From Eledone cirrhosa (Eukaryota), in assembly GCA_964016885.1 (NCBI GenBank), contig OZ024740.1:7192001-7256000 (forward strand): a stretch of DNA of 64,000 nucleotides, given 5' to 3'. Positions 1-15,566 of this stretch are shown here, one piece after another. The notes below the pieces were generated by a model that saw only the letters and a program-made list of their open reading frames with translations, had not been told where the DNA came from and made no database searches. Made by a program: the position numbers and the translations under genes. The stretch's first letter is position 1; each line of letters opens with the position of its first letter.

Positions 1-3000
1 TCAATATTTCACATCTGACCTGGGACTAATACCTGCTCTGGAGAGGTCTACATTTCACATCTGACCTAGGACTATTATCAGCTATGGTGAGACCTACATT
101 TCACATCTGACCTGGAAATATTACCAGCTGTGGTGAGGTCTAGATCTCACATCTGACCTGGGACTATTATCAGCTTTGGTGAGGTCTACGTTTCACATCT
201 GACCTGGGACTATTACCAGCTGTGGTGAGGCGTACATTTCACATCTGACCTGGGACTATTACCAGCTCTGGTGAGACCTACATTTCACTTCTGACCTGGG
301 ACTATTACCAGCTGTGTTGAGGCGTACATTTCACGCCTGACCTGGGACTATTACCAGCTCTGGTGAGGTCTACATTTCACATCTCACCTGACACTATTAC
401 CAGCTACGGTGAGGCCTACATTTCACATCGGACCTGGGACTATTACCAGCTGTGGTGAGCCCTACATTTCACATCTGACCTGTTACCATTACCACTCTGG
501 TGAGGTCTACATTTCGCATCTGACCTGGCACAATTACCAGCTGTAGTGAGGCATATATTTCCCATCTTACCTGGGACTATTACCAGCTCTGGTGAGGTCT
601 ACATGTCACATCTGACCTGGGACTATTACCAGCTCTGGTGAGGCCTACATTTCACATCTGACCTAGGACTATAACCAGCTATGGTGAGGCCTACATTTCA
701 CATCTAACATGGGACTATTACCAGCTATGTTGAGGCCTACATTTCACATCTGACCTGGGACTATTTCCAGCTCTGGTGAGGTCTACATTTCACATCTGAC
801 CTGGGACTATTACCAGCTATGGTGAGGCCTACATTTCACATCTGACCTGGGACTATTACCAGCTATGGTGAGGCCTACATTTCACATCTAACCTGGGACT
901 ATTTCCAGCTATGGTGAGGTCTACATTTCACATCTAACCTGGGACTATTAACAGCTATGGTGAGGTAAACATTTCACATCTGACCTGGGACTAATACCAG
1001 CTCTGGTGAGACCTACATTTCACATCTGACCTGGGACTATTACCGGCTCTGGGGAGACCTACATTTCACATCTGACCTGGGACTATTACCAGCTCTGGTG
1101 AGGTATACATTTCACATCTGACTTGGTACTATTACCAGCTGTGGTGAGGCCTACATTTCACATCTGACCTGGGACTATTATCCGCTATGTTGACGCCTAC
1201 ATTTCATATCTGAACTGGGTCTATTACCAGCTGTGGTGTGGCCTAGATTTCACATCTGACCTGGAACTAATACCAGCTATGGTGAGGTCTACATTTCACA
1301 TCTGACCTGGGACTAATACCTGCTCTGGAGAGGTCTACATTTCACATCTGACCTAGGACTATTACCAGCTATGGTGAGACCTACATTTCACATCTGACCT
1401 GGAACTATTACCAGCTATGGTGAGGTCTACATTTCACATTTGACCTGGGACTATTATCAGCTATGGTGAGGCCTACATTTCACATCTGACCTGGGACTAT
1501 TACCAGCTGTGGTGAGGCGTATATTTCACATCTGACCTGGGACTATTACCAGCTTTGGTGAGGCCTACATTTCACATCTGACCTGGGACTATTACCAGCT
1601 GTAGTGAGGCATACATTTCCCATCTGACCTGGGACTATTACCAGCTCTGGTGAGGTCTACATTTCACATCTGACCTGGGACTATTACCAGCTATGGTGCG
1701 ACCTACATTTCACATCTTACCTGGGAATATTACCAGCTGTGGTGAGCCTTACATTTCACATCTGACCTGCTACTATTACCACTCTGGTGAGGTCTACATT
1801 TCGCATCTAACCTGGGTCTATTACCAGCTATGGTGAGGCCTACATTTCACATGTGACCTCGGACTATTACCAGCTCTGGTGAGGCCTACATTTCACATCT
1901 GACCTGGGACTATTACCAGCTCTGGTGAGGCCTACATTTCACATCTGACCTGGGTCTGTTACCAGCTATGGTGAAGCCTACATTTCACATCTAACATGGG
2001 ACTATTACCAGCTATGGTGAGGCCTGCATTTCACATCTGACCTGGGACTATTACCAGCTCTGGTGAGGTCTAGATTTCACATCTGACCTGGGACTATTAC
2101 CAGCTATGGTGAGGCCTACATTTCACATCTGACCTGGGACTATTTCCAGCTATGGTGAGGTCTACATTTCACGTCTGACCTGGGACTATTGCCAGCTATG
2201 GTGAGGCTTACATTTCACATCTAACATGGGACTATTACCAGCTATGATGAGGCCTACATTTCACATCTGACCTGGGACTATTACTAGCTCTGGTGAGGCC
2301 TACATTTCACATCTGACCTGGGACTATTACCAGTTCTGGTCACGTCTACATTTCACATCTGACCTGGGACTATTACCAGCTGTGGTGAGACCTACATTTC
2401 ACATCTGACCTGGTATATTACCAGCTATGGTGAGGACTACATTTCATATCTGACCTGTGTCTATTACCAGCTGTGGTGAAACCTACATTTCACATCTGAC
2501 CTTGGAGTAATACCATCTATGGTGAGGTCTACATTTCACATGTGACCTGGGACTATTACCATCTATGGTGAGGTCTACATTTCACATGTGACCTGGGACT
2601 ATTACCAGCTCTGGTGAGGCCTACATTTCACATCTGACCTGGGACTATTACCAACTCTGGTGAGGCCTACATTTCACATCTGACCTGGGACTATTACCAG
2701 CTCTTGTGAGGCCTACATTTCACATCTAACCTGGGATTATTACCAGCGATGGTGAGGTCTACATTTCATGTCTGACCTGGGACTATTACTAGCTATGGTG
2801 AAGCTTACATTTCACAGCTAACCTGGGACTATTACCAGCTCTGGTGAGACCTATATTTCACCTCTGACCTGGGACTATTACCAGTTCTGGTGAGGACTAC
2901 ATTTCATATCTGACCTGGAACTATTACCAGCTCTGGTGAGGCCTAGATTTCACATCTGACCTGGGACTATTACCAGCTCTTGTGAGGCCTACATTTCACA

Positions 3001-6000
3001 TCTAACCTGGGAATAATACCAGCTGTTGTGAGGCCTACATTTCACATCTGAACTGGGATTATTACCAGCTATGGTGAGGCCTATATTTCATACCTGACCT
3101 TGGTCTATTACCAGCTGTTGTTAGCCCTATATTTCACATCTGACTTGGGACTAATACCAGCTATTGTGAGGTCTACATTTCAAATCTGAGCTGGGACTAT
3201 TACCAGCTCTGGTGAGGCCTACATTTCACATCTGACCTGGGACTATTACCAGCTATGGTGAGGCCAACATTTCACATCTGACCTGGGAATATTACCAGTT
3301 CTGGTGAGGTTTACATTACACATCTGACCTGGGACTAATACCATCTCTGGTGAGGTATACATTTCACATCTGACCTGGGAATAATACCAGCTCTGGTGAG
3401 ACCGATATTTCACATCTGACCTGGGACTATTACCAGTTCTGGTGAGGCCTACATTTCACATCTGAGCTGCGACTATTACCAGCTCTGGTGAGGTCTACAT
3501 TTCACATCAGACCTGGGACTATTACCAGCTCTTGTGAGGTCTACATTTCACATCTGTCCTTGGACTATTACCAGCTATGGTGAAGTCTACATTTCACATC
3601 TGACCTGGAACTATTACCAGCTATGGTGAGGCCTACATTTCAAATCTGACCTGGGACTATTACCAGCTGTGGTGAGGCCTACATTTCACATCTGACCAGG
3701 GATTAATACCAGCTCTGGTGAAGTCTACATTTCACATCTGACCTGGGACAATTACCAGCTATGGTTAGGCCTACATTTCACATCTGACCAGGGACTATAA
3801 CCAGCTATGGTGAGACCTATATATAACATCTAACATGGGATTATTACCACCTATGGTGAGGCCTACATTTCACATCTGACCTGGGACTATTACCAGCTCT
3901 GGTGACGTCTACATTTCACATCTGACCTCTTACTATTACCACTCTGGTGAGGTCTACATTTCACAACTGACCTGGGACTATTACAAGTTCTGGTGAGCTC
4001 TCCATTTCCCATCTGACCTGGGACTATTACCAGCTATGGTGAGGCCTATATTTCACAACTGACCGGGGACTATTACCAGCTCTGGTGAGGCCTACATTTC
4101 TCATCTGACCTGCGACTATTACCAGCTATTGTGAGGCCTACATTTCACATCTAACATGGGACTATTACCAGCTATGCTGAGGTCTACATTTCAATCTGAC
4201 CTGGGACTATTGCCAGCTATGGTCAGACCAAAATTTCACATCTGACTTGGGACTATAACCAGCTATGGTAAGGTTTACATTTCACATCTAACATGGGACT
4301 TTTACCAGCTCTGGTGAGGCCTACATTTCACATCCGACCTGGGACTATTACCAGCTCTGGTGAGGCCTACATTTCACATCTGATCTGTTACTATTACCAC
4401 TCTGGTGAGGTCTACATTTCATATCTGAGCTGGGAGTAGTACCAGTTATGGTGAGGTCTACATTTCACATCTGACCTGGGACATATAGCAGCTATGGTCA
4501 GGCCAACATTTCACATCTGACTTGGGAATATTACCAGCTCTGGTGAGGTCTACATTTCACATCTGACCTGGGAATATTACCAGCTATTGTGAAGCCTACA
4601 TTTCACATCTGACCTGGGTCTATTTCCAGCCATTGTCAAGCTTACATTTCAAATCTGAACTTGAACTATTACCAGCTATGCTGAAGCCTACATTTCACAT
4701 CTGACATGGAACTATTTCCAGCTTTGGTGAGGCATACATTTCACATCTGATCTGGGACTATTACCAGCTCTGGTTAGGACTACATTTCACATCTGACCTG
4801 GGACCATTACCAGCTGTGGTGAGGTTTACATTTCACATCTGACCTGGGTCTATTTCCAGCCATTGTCAAGCCTACATTTCAAATCTGACCTGGAACTATT
4901 ACCAGGTATGCTGAAGCCTACATTTCACATCTGACCTGGGACTATTACCAGCTATGGTGACGCCAACATTTCACATCTAACCTGGAACTATTACCAGCTA
5001 AGGTGAGACCTACATTTCACATCTAAGCTGGTACTATTACCAGCTCTCGTGAGGTCTACATTTCAGATCTGACCTCGGACTATTACCAGATGTGTTGAGA
5101 CCTATATTTCACATCTGACCTGTTACTATTACCACTCTTGTGAGGCCTACATTTCAAATCTGAGCTGGGATTAGTACCAGCTGTGGTGAGGCCTACATTT
5201 CACCTGTTACCTGGGACTATACCAGCTCTGGTGAGACCTACATTTCACATCTGACCTGGGACTATTACCAACTCTGGTGAGGCCAACATTTCACATCTGA
5301 GCTGCGAGTATTACCAGCTCTGGTGAGGCCTCCCTTTTCATATCTGAGCTGGGACTATTACCAGTTATGGTGAGGTCTACATTTCACATCTGACCTGGGA
5401 CTATTACCAGCTTTGGTTAGCCTTATATTTCACATCTCACTTGGGACTAATACCAGCTATGGTGAGGCTTACATTTCACATCTGAGCTGGGACTATTACC
5501 AGCTCTGGTTAGGCCTACATTTTACATCCGACCTGGGACTATTACCAACTCTGGTGAGGTTTATACTTCACATCTGACCTGGGACTATTACCAGCTATGG
5601 TGAGGCCTACATTTCAAATCTGTCCGGGGACTTTTACCAGCTATGGTAAGGTCTACATTTTACATCTGACCTGGGACTATTACCAGCTATGGCAAGGCCT
5701 ACATTTCACATCTAATCTGGGACTACTACCAGCTCTGGTGAGACCTACATTTCACATCTGACCTGTTACTATTACCACTCTTGTGAGGCCTACATTTCAT
5801 ATCTGAGCTGGGACTAGTACCAGCAGTGGTGAGGCCTACATTTCACCTGTTACCTGGGACTATTATCAGTTCTGGTGAGGTCTACATTTCACATCTGACC
5901 TGCGACTATTTCCAGTTGTGGTGAGGCCTACATTTCACATCTGACCTGGGACTATTACCAGCTCTGGTGAGACCTACATTTCACATATGACCTGGGACTA

Positions 6001-9000
6001 TTACCAACTCTGGTGAGGCCTACATTTCACATCTGAGCTGCGACTATTACCAGCTCTGGTGAGGTCTATAATTTCACATCTAAACTAGGACTATTACCAG
6101 CTGTGATGAGGCCTGCATTTCACATCTGACCTGGGACTATTACCAGCTATAGTGAGGCCTCCCTTTTCATATCTGAACTGGGTCTATTACCAGCTGTGGT
6201 GAGGCCTACATTTCACATCTGACCTGGAACTATTTCCAACTGTGGTGAGTTCTACATTTCACATATCAACTTGGACTATTACCAGCTATGGTGAGGCCTA
6301 CATTTCACATCCGACCTTGGAATATTACCAACTTTGGTGAGGTTTATACTTCACATCCGACTTAGGACTATTTCCAGCTATGGTGAGGCCTACATTTCAC
6401 ATCTGTCCTGGGACTTTTACCAGCTATGGTAAGGTCTACATTTCACATCTAATCTGGGACTATTACCAGCTCTGGTGAGGTCTACACTTCACATCTGACC
6501 TGAGACCATTACTAGCTGTGTTCAGACCTACAATTCACCTTTGACCTGGGAATATTACCAGCTCTGGTGAGGCCTACATTTCACATCTGATCTGGGACTA
6601 TAACCAGCTATGTTGAGGTCTACATTTCATATCTGACCTGGATCTATTACCAGGTATGGTGAGGTCTATATTTCACATCTAACTTGGGACTAATACCAGC
6701 TATTGTGAGGTCTACATTTCAAACCTGAGCTAGGACTATTACCAGCTCTGGTGAGGCCTACATTTCACATCTGACCTGGGACTATTACCAGCTCTGGTGA
6801 GGCTTACATTTCCCATCCGACCTGGGACTATTACCAGCTCTGGTGAGGTCTACATTTCACATCTGACCTGAGACCATTACTAGCTGTGGTCAGACCTACA
6901 TTTCACATCTGACTTGGGACTATTACAAGTTCTGGTGAGGCCTACATTTCACATCTGACCAGGGACTATTACGATCTATGGTGAGGCCAACATTTCACAT
7001 CTGACCTGGGACTATTACCAGCTCTGGTGAGGCCTACATTTCAATCTGACCTGGGACTATTTCCAGTTCTGGTGAGACCTACATTTCACATCTGACCTGG
7101 GAATATTACAAGTGCTGGTGAGGTTTACATTTCACATCTGACCTGGGACTAATACCAGCTCTGGTGAGGTATACATTTCACATCTGACCTGGGATTAATA
7201 CCAGCTCTGGTGAGACCTACATATCACATCTAACATGGGACTATTACCAGCTATGGTGAGGTCTACATTTCACATCTGACCTGAGACTATTACCAGCTAT
7301 GTTGATGCCTACATATCACATCTGACCTGGGATTATTACCAGCTCTGGTGAGACCTACATTTCACATCTGACCTGGGACTATTACCAGCTATTGTGAGGC
7401 CTACATTTCACATCTAACATGGGACTATTATCAGCTATGGTGAGGTCTACATTTCACATCTGATCTGGGACTATTATTAGCTCTGATGAGGCCTACATTT
7501 CACATCTGACCTGGGACTATTGCCAGCTATGGTCTGACCTATATATCACATCTGAACTGGGACTATTACCAGCTCTGGTGAGGCGTACATTTCACATCTG
7601 ACCTGGGACTATTACCAGCTATGGTGAGGCCTCCCTTTTCATATCTGAACTGGGTCTATTACCAGTTGTGGTGAGGCCTACATTTCACATTTGACCTGGG
7701 ACTAATATCAGCTATGGTGAGGTCTACATTTCCCATCTGACCTGGGACTATTACTAGTTATGGTGAGGTCTACATTTCACATCTGACCTGGGACTATTAC
7801 CAGCTCTTATGAGGTCTAAATTTCACATGTGTCCTGGGACTATTACCAGCTATGGTGAAGTCAACATTTCACATCTGACCTGGAACTATTACCAGCTATG
7901 GTGAGGCCTACATTTCACATCTGAACTGGGACTATTTCCAGCTGTGGTGAGGCCTACATTTCACATCTGACCAGGTACTAATACCAGCTCTGGTGAAGTC
8001 TACATTTCACATCTGACCTGGGACAATTACCAGCTATGGTTAGGTCTACATTTCACATCTGACCTGGGACTATTCCCAGCTGTGGTGAGGCCTACATTTC
8101 ACATCCGACCTGTTACTATTACCAGTCTGGTGAGGTCTACATTTCGCATCTGACCTGGGACTATTTCCAGCTATGTTGAGGCCTACATTTCATATCTGAA
8201 CTGCGGCTATTAGCAGCTGTGGTGTGGTCTACATTTCACATCTGACCTGGAACTAATACCAGCTATGGTGAGGTCTACATTTCACATCTGACCTCTTACT
8301 ATTACCACTCTGGTGAGGTCTACATTTCACATCTGACCTGGGTCTGTTACCAGCTATGGTGAGGCCTACATTTCACATCTAACATGGGACTACTACCAGC
8401 TATGTTGAGGCCTACATTTCACATCTGACCTGGGACTATTTCCAGCTCTGGTGAGGTCTACATTTCACATCTGACCTGGGACTATTACCAGCTATGGTGA
8501 GGCCTACATTTCACATCTAACATGGGACTATTACCAGCTATGTTGAGGCCTACATTTCACGTCTAACCTGGGACTATTTCCAGCTATGGTGAGGTCTATA
8601 TTTCACATCTAACCTGGGACTATTAACAGCTACATTTCAAATCTGACCTGGGACTATTTCCAGCTCTGCTGAGGCCTAAATTTCCCATCTGACCTGGGAC
8701 TATTACCAGCTATGTTGAGGTCTACATTTCACATCTGACCTGTTACTATTACCACTCTGGTGAGGTCTACATTTCGCATCTGACCTGGGACTATTACCAG
8801 CTATGGTGACGCCTACATTTCACATCTGACCTGGGACTATTCCCAGCTCTGGTGAGGCCTACATTTCACATCTGACCTGGGACTATTACCAGCTATGGTG
8901 AGGCCTACATTTCACATCTAACATGGGACTATTACAAGCTATGGTGAGGCGTACATTTCACATCTAACATGGGACTATTACCAGCTATGGTGAGACCTAC

Positions 9001-12000
9001 ATTTCATATCTGACCTGGGACTATTACCAGCTCTGGTGAGGCCTACATTTCACATCTGACCTGGGACTATTACCAGCTATGTTGAGGCCTACATTTCATA
9101 TCTGAACTGGGGCTATTACCAGCTGTGGTGTGGCCTACATTTCACATCTGACCTGGAACTAATACCAGCTATGGTGAGGTCAACATTTCACATCTGACCT
9201 GGGACTAATACCTGCTCTGGAGAGACCTACATTTCACATCTGACCTAGGACTATTACCAGCTCTGGTGAGGCGTACATTTCACGCGTGACCTGGGAATAT
9301 TACCAGCTCTGGTGAGGTCTACATTTCACATCTCACCTGATACTATTACCAGCTCTGGTGAGGCGTACATTTCACGCGTGACCTGGGAATATTACCAGCT
9401 CTGGTGAGGTCTACATTTCACATCTCACCTGATACTATTACCAGCTATGGTGAGGCCTACATTTCACATCGGCCCTGGGACTATTACCAGCTGTGGTGAG
9501 GCCTACATTTCACATCTGACCTCTTACTATTACCACTGTGGTGAGGTCTACATTTCACATCTGACCTGGGTCTGTTATCAGCTATGGTGAGGCCTACATT
9601 TGACATCTAACCTGGGAATATTACTAGCTGTGGTGAGTCCTACATTTCACATCTGACCTGTTACTATTACTACCTCTGGTGGGGCCTACATTTCACATCT
9701 GACCTGGGACTATTTCCAGCTATGGCGAGGTCTGTATTTCACATCTAACCTGGGACTATTACCAACTATGTTGAGGCTTACATTTCACATCTAACCTGGG
9801 AATATTACTAGCTGTGGTGAGTCCTACATTTCACATCTGACCTGTTACTATTACCACTCTGGTGAGGTCTACATTTCGCATCTGACCTGGGACTATTACC
9901 AGCTATGGTGAGGCCTACATTACACGTCTGACCTGGGACTATTACCAGCTCTGGTGAGGCCTACATTTCACATCTAACATGGGACTATTACAAGCTATGG
10001 TGAGGCGTACATTTCACATCTAACATGGGACTATTACCAGCTATGGTGAGACCTACATTTCATATCTGACCTGGGACTATTACCAGCTCTGGTGAGGCCT
10101 ACATTTCACATCTGACCTTGGACTATAACCAGCTCTGGTGAGGCCTACATTTCACATCTGACCTGGGATTATTACCAGCTATGTTGAGCCCTACATTTTA
10201 TATCTGAACTAGGGCTATTACCAGCTGTGGTGTGGCCTACATTTCACATCTGACCTGGAACTAATACCAGCTATGGTGAGGTCTACATTTCACATCTGAC
10301 CTGTGACTATTACCAGCTATGGTGAGGTCAATATTTCACATCTGACCTGGGACTAATACCTGCTCTGGAGAGGTCTACATTTCACATCTGACCTAGGACT
10401 ATTATCAGCTATGGTGAGACCTACATTTCACATCTGACCTGGAAATATTACCAGCTGTGGTGAGGTCTAGATCTCACATCTGACCTGGGACTATTATCAG
10501 CTTTGGTGAGGTCTACGTTTCACATCTGACCTGGGACTATTACCAGCTGTGGTGAGGCGTACATTTCACATCTGACCTGGGACTATTACCAGCTCTGGTG
10601 AGACCTACATTTCACTTCTGACCTGGGACTATTACCAGCTGTGTTGAGGCGTACATTTCACGCCTGACCTGGGACTATTACCAGCTCTGGTGAGGTCTAC
10701 ATTTCACATCTCACCTGACACTATTACCAGCTACGGTGAGGCCTACATTTCACATCGGACCTGGGACTATTACCAGCTGTGGTGAGCCCTACATTTCACA
10801 TCTGACCTGTTACCATTACCACTCTGGTGAGGTCTACATTTCGCATCTGACCTGGCACAATTACCAGCTGTAGTGAGGCATATATTTCCCATCTTACCTG
10901 GGACTATTACCAGCTCTGGTGAGGTCTACATGTCACATCTGACCTGGGACTATTACCAGCTCTGGTGAGGCCTACATTTCACATCTGACCTAGGACTATA
11001 ACCAGCTATGGTGAGGCCTACATTTCACATCTAACATGGGACTATTACCAGCTATGTTGAGGCCTACATTTCACATCTGACCTGGGACTATTTCCAGCTC
11101 TGGTGAGGTCTACATTTCACATCTGACCTGGGACTATTACCAGCTATGGTGAGGCCTACATTTCACATCTGACCTGGGACTATTACCAGCTATGGTGAGG
11201 CCTACATTTCACATCTAACCTGGGACTATTTCCAGCTATGGTGAGGTCTACATTTCACATCTAACCTGGGACTATTAACAGCTATGGTGAGGTAAACATT
11301 TCACATCTGACCTGGGACTAATACCAGCTCTGGTGAGACCTACATTTCACATCTGACCTGGGACTATTACCGGCTCTGGGGAGACCTACATTTCACATCT
11401 GACCTGGGACTATTACCAGCTCTGGTGAGGTATACATTTCACATCTGACTTGGTACTATTACCAGCTGTGGTGAGGCCTACATTTCACATCTGACCTGGG
11501 ACTATTATCCGCTATGTTGACGCCTACATTTCATATCTGAACTGGGTCTATTACCAGCTGTGGTGTGGCCTAGATTTCACATCTGACCTGGAACTAATAC
11601 CAGCTATGGTGAGGTCTACATTTCACATCTGACCTGGGACTATTACTAGCTATGGTGAGGTCAACATTTCACATCTGACCTGGGACTAATACCTGCTCTG
11701 GAGAGGTCTACATTTCACATCTGACCTAGGACTATTACCAGCTATGGTGAGACCTACATTTCACATCTGACCTGGAACTATTACCAGCTATGGTGAGGTC
11801 TACATTTCACATTTGACCTGGGACTATTATCAGCTATGGTGAGGCCTACATTTCAGATCTGACCTGGGACTATTACCAGCTGTGGTGAGGCGTATATTTC
11901 ACATCTGACCTGGGACTATTACCAGCTTTGGTGAGGCCTACATTTCACATCTGACCTGGGACTATTACCAGCTGTAGTGAGGCATACATTTCCCATCTGA

Positions 12001-13230
12001 CCTGGGACTATTACCAGCTCTGGTGAGGTCTACATTTCACATCTGACCTGGGACTATTACCAGCTATGGTGCGACCTACATTTCACATCTTACCTGGGAA
12101 TATTACCAGCTGTGGTGAGCCTTACATTTCACATCTGACCTGCTACTATTACCACTCTGGTGAGGTCTACATTTCGCATCTAACCTGGGTCTATTACCAG
12201 CTATGGTGAGGCCTACATTTCACATGTGACCTCGGACTATTACCAGCTCTGGTGAGGCCTACATTTCACATCTGACCTGGGACTATTACCAGCTCTGGTG
12301 AGGCCTACATTTCACATCTGACCTGGGTCTGTTACCAGCTATGGTGAAGCCTACATTTCACATCTAACATGGGACTATTACCAGCTATGGTGAGGCCTGC
12401 ATTTCACATCTGACCTGGGACTATTACCAGCTCTGGTGAGGTCTAGATTTCACATCTGACCTGGGACTATTACCAGCTATGGTGAGGCCTACATTTCACA
12501 TCTGACCTGGGACTATTTCCAGCTATGGTGAGGTCTACATTTCACGTCTGACCTGGGACTATTGCCAGCTATGGTGAGGCTTACATTTCACATCTAACAT
12601 GGGACTATTACCAGCTATGATGAGGCCTACATTTCACATCTGACCTGGGACTATTACTAGCTCTGGTGAGGCCTACATTTCACATCTGAACTGGGACTAT
12701 TACTACCTCTGGTGGGGCCTACATTTCACATCTGACCTGGGACTATTCCCAGCTATGGTGAGGCCTACATTTCACGTCTGACCTGGGACTATTGCCAGCT
12801 ATGGTGAGGTCAACATTTCACATCTGACCTGGGCCTATTACCAGCTATGGTGAGGCCTACATTTCACATCTGAACTGGAACTATTACCAGCTCTGGTGAG
12901 GCCTACATTTCACATCTGATCTGGGACTATAACCAGCTATGGTGAGGTCTACATTTCACATCTGACCTGGTACTATAACCAGCTATGGTGAGGCCTACAT
13001 TTCACATCTGACCTGGGACTATTACCAGCTCTGGTGAGGCCTACATTTCACATCTGACCTGGGACTATTACCAGCTATGGTGAGGCCTACATTTAAATCT
13101 GACCTGGGATTATTACCAGCTATGGTGAGCTCTACATTTCACATCTGACCTGGGACTATTACCAGCTATGGTGAGGCCTATATTTCACATCGAACATGGG
13201 ACTATTACCAGCTATGGGGAGGTCTTCATT
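1..13230. repeat. 46-bp tandem satellite array (~285 monomers; consensus TACATTTCACATCTGACCTGGGACTATTACCAGCT[A/C/G]TGGTGAGG[C/T]C), open at window start
   Basis: Monomer period counted directly (e.g. TACATTTC at 784 and 830). Diverged monomers are continuous to about 13230. Confidence 0.98.
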
Positions 13231-13616
13231 TTTGGTCACATCACCATTATAGAGATTAGTTTAACTGTTATCAAATATCACCCAAGTTATAAAAAACTAA
13301 AAGTTCGATATCCGATTAACATAACATGTATATAAATTGTAAGTTTTGGTAGCCCCTCCCCGCTAGTTCCACCACCCCTATTTACCGATGTCCCACCTCG
13401 AGGCGTCCATGTTGATAAATGACAATATCTCGCGTGACGTTCTAGTCGATGACGAGATAATAACCTCATATCTAAAATACTTTAATTAGGAGAGCAAAGA
13501 ATCTCCAAGAGGAACAAGACAGTTCGATTACTGCAATATTTTAATTAATTGCGGCCCTATTTCGTTTCGGTGCACTTTACTTGACGGTTGACATTTTTTT
13601 TTTATTATGTACAAAG

Positions 13617-14290
13617 GGCAGTGGATTGGCAGTATCGGTAGAGGGTCGGACATCATGCTAGGGTGGTGGATTGGCAGTATCGGTAGAGGGTCAGAGGCCA
13701 TGCTAGTGTGGTTTACTGGCAGTATCGGTAGAGGGTCGGAGGCCATGCTAGGGTGGTGGATTGGCAGTATTGGTAGAGAGTCGGACGCCATGCTAGGCTG
13801 GTGGATAGACAGTATCGGTAGAGGGTCGGACGCCATGCTAGGGTGGTGGATTGGTAGTATCGGTAGAGGGTCAGACGCCATGCTAGGGTGGTGGATTGGC
13901 AGTATCGGTAGAGGGTCGGACGCCATGCTAGGGTGGTGGATTGGCAGTATCGGTAGAGGGTGGGACACCATGCTAGTGTGGTGGATTGGCAGTATCGGTA
14001 GAGGGTCGGACGCCATGCTAGGGTGGTGGATTGGCAGTATAGGTAGAGGGTCAGACGCCATGCTAGGGTGGTGGATTGGCAGTATCGGTAGAGGGTCGGA
14101 CGCCATGCTAGGGTGGTGGATTGGCAGTATCGGTAGAGGGTCAGACGCTATGCTAGGGTGGTGGATTGGCAGTATCGGTAGAGGGTCGGACGCCATGCTA
14201 GGGTGGTGGATTGGCAGTATCGGTAGAGGGTCAGACGCTATGCTAGGGTGGTGGATTGGCAGTATCGGTAGAGGGTCAGACGCCTTGCTT
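13617..14290 (+). repeat. 45-bp minisatellite, ~15 copies (GGTGGTGGATTGGCAGTATCGGTAGAGGGTCGGACGCCATGCTAG)
   Basis: Direct tandem repeat; translates as a 15-aa period in the ORF track. Confidence 0.97.
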
Positions 14291-14420
14291 TGCAGCAAAG
14301 AGTTATGGACCTTTACGATCTGAGTTCAAATCCCGCCGAGGTTAACTTTGCCTCTCATCCTTACGGAGTCGATAAAATAAAGTCCCAGTAATAGCTGGCC
14401 TTGTGCCAAAAGTAGAAATA
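13617..14420 (+). mobile_element. tRNA-derived SINE with tandemly amplified 5' head
   Basis: A-box-like TGGCAGTATCGG in each 45-mer, one B-box GAGTTCAAATC at ~14322, and a body shared with the copy at 27625-27712(-). Flanked by a 13-bp direct repeat ATTATGTACAAAG (13604-13616 and 14421-14433). Confidence 0.8.
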
Positions 14421-14759
14421 ATTATGTACAAAGAACACGAGCAATTGTTCTTTGAGTGTGTGCGCGTGCCTGCGCGTGTGCACGCGTGTATGTGTATGCG
14501 AGTATGTGCTTGAGTGCACACTTGAGCCGGTTTGTTTGTATGTGTATGTGTGTATGTGTGTATGTGTTTTAATTGAAATGTCGACATTGTCATCAACAAA
14601 TCAGCGACTAGAGGCCCTTATATCACCTGACCTCTCAATATCAAACTAGCAAGTGGAGAACTATATCACCCTAATCTAGCTGACATGGCATCTTTAATTG
14701 GACAGTGTAAAAGAAACAAGAATAAGCCTAACCCAAACCAAGAGTGGTTTGGATATATA

Positions 14760-15372
14760 CAGAGTTAAATGTCATATTACATGGATATATATATATATAT
14801 ATATACATATATAGTTATATGTCCAGAAACTCACTCAGATGGTGGATGGGTGCTACACGAGAATGCTGAGGATGGCTCTGAACATTAATCAGTATACACT
14901 GAGGATGAAGAACTCAGAGCTGTACAGGAACCTCCCAAAAGTCAGCTCGGGAGTAGCACAGAGGAGACTGAGGTTAGCTGGACATGCTCACCGATATCCA
15001 GAGTTGACACTGCCCTCAGTGCTCCTGTAGGAGCCCCTGCATGGACACACTGGAAGAGGGAAACCGAGGTTGACGTATATTGATGCCCTAAGGACAGACA
15101 CTGGTCTGTTGGAGACGCAGGACATGGCAGCGATAATGAGGGACAGAGACTGCTGGAGAGAACTCGTCCATGGATCTCGGGAATTTTACTTGCTCTAGAC
15201 ATGGATATATATCTAGTTATGTCATATTACATTGATATATACAGAGTTATATGTCATATCACATGGATATATATATAGTTATATGTCATATCACATGGAT
15301 ATATATATATATATATATATATAGTTATATCATATCACATGGATATATACAGAGTTATATGTCATATCACAT

Positions 15373-15437
<65 letters not shown>

Positions 15438-15454
15438 TATGTCATATCACATGG

Positions 15455-15485
<31 letters not shown>

Positions 15486-15566
15486 TATGTCATATCACAT
15501 GGATATATAGTTATATGTCATATCAAATGGATATATATATATATAGTTATATGTTATATTACATGG

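Noticed and set aside
1-13230. CRISPR-like array or hammerhead-containing satellite
   Set aside because: No unique spacers and no cas genes. The minus strand has GAAA but only CTGGTAA in place of CUGANGA, with no supporting stems.
13528-14323. 256-aa and 238-aa repetitive ORFs
   Set aside because: By-product of a 45-bp (multiple of 3) repeat derived from a SINE head.
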